A DNA stretch of 62,627 nucleotides, filler included, from Candidatus Babelota bacterium (GTDB lineage: Bacteria > JAGOBX01): assembly GCA_017999075.1 (NCBI GenBank). It is 10 parts of 10 records of this genome, joined end to end, with 100 filler letters (N's around TTAATTAATTAA, not from the genome) between each part and the next. Parts side by side here need not be neighbours in the genome. Positions count along the whole stretch, not along the records: positions 58,232 to 62,627 come from JAGOBX010000353.1; 9 more parts are not named here. The stretch is one strand, 5' to 3'. Position numbers and translations under genes: made by a program. Of the stretch, positions 62,157 through 62,627 are shown one piece after another. Positions within the stretch are counted from its first letter, which is position 1, and each line of letters starts with the position of its first letter. Under the pieces are notes generated by a model, which was given only the letters and a program-made list of their open reading frames with translations, was not told where the DNA came from and searched no databases.

Positions 62157-62627
62157 TTAATCGCTGCTAATAATTGCAGCCTTTTTTTTTAATAATAACG
62201 AGTTAAAATCAATATCAATTCGTTCAAATTTTTTATTGACAGCTTTATAAAAAAATAAATTATGATTGGTTAAGTCACCGTCTTCGTTAAATTGAAATTT
62301 ATTAGAAATTCCGTCGTAATGATAATTATAATGAAGGATCGGTGAAATATTTGCTGTTCGAAATGAATCAGTTTTTTTTATAGCGTTAACAAGCGTATAT
62401 ATTCCGTCATAAGCAATCAGAGCCATATCATCCGGTTCTTTATTGAACTTTTTTTTGAAATTGTTTTTGAAAGTCAGATATGCGTTAGTGTTTTTATCAG
62501 GGTTATATAAAGACATAGCATAGATATTTTCCGCTTCTTTACCGGTTATTTGAAAAAGTTTGTTTCTATAAAGAGCGCCCCCACCAACTACCGGCTGCTT
62601 AAAACCCATATCTCTGAACTGTTTGAT
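62157..62627 (-). CDS. LivJ-type periplasmic binding protein, C-terminal part
   Basis: F...FKKKFNKEPD..AL.AYD, Y.GI...FQFNEDGD; open beyond the window edge. Confidence 0.8.
   Translation of the reverse strand: MKQFRDMGFKQPVVGGGALYRNKLFQITGKEAENIYAMSLYNPDKNTNAYLTFKNNFKKKFNKEPDDMALIAYDGIYTLVNAIKKTDSFRTANISPILHYNYHYDGISNKFQFNEDGDLTNHNLFFYKAVNKKFERIDIDFNSLLLKKKAAIISSD

Overview
Very AT-rich bacterial metagenome-style sequence made of 10 contigs joined by artificial N44-TTAATTAATTAA-N44 linkers. One piece is >21.9 kb and nine are ~4.4 kb, so adjacency across linkers has no biological meaning. Contig 1 (1-21890): Cus-type Cu/Ag efflux operon, cysK/metY, cold-shock protein, PDZ lipoprotein, P-type IIA ATPase, two CNNM/CorC proteins, two hybrid kinases, a ThpR with an apparent signal peptide, and an ECF sigma/ZAS anti-sigma pair. 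The small contigs carry: (2) a giant TPR protein; (3) an accessory island with a Tyr-rich repeat protein, DUF2971, GIY-YIG nuclease, non-canonical class III cyclase, 2TM protein and a frameshifted SHOCT-like protein; (4) SpoIID-DUF58-BatA; (5) 5S rRNA end, sulfatase-like, CapA and SPOR genes, compositionally distinct; (6) murB-ddl-ftsQ-ftsA; (7) pth, cNMP protein, O-methyltransferase, a stop-interrupted ABC binding protein and STAS; (8) PAS kinase, decayed Dam/DpnII-like R-M remnant, tRNA-Thr and xdhB; (9) PduS/PduT BMC genes with pilB/pilC-like genes; (10) sAC-like cyclase, thioesterase II, DUF697, deviant ParA, DUF481 and a LivJ-like protein. The best candidates for undescribed systems are the GIY-YIG/cyclase/2TM (Pycsar-like) module and the ParA/DUF697/thioesterase module. 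All family calls are from motif recognition by eye; no database searches were run.
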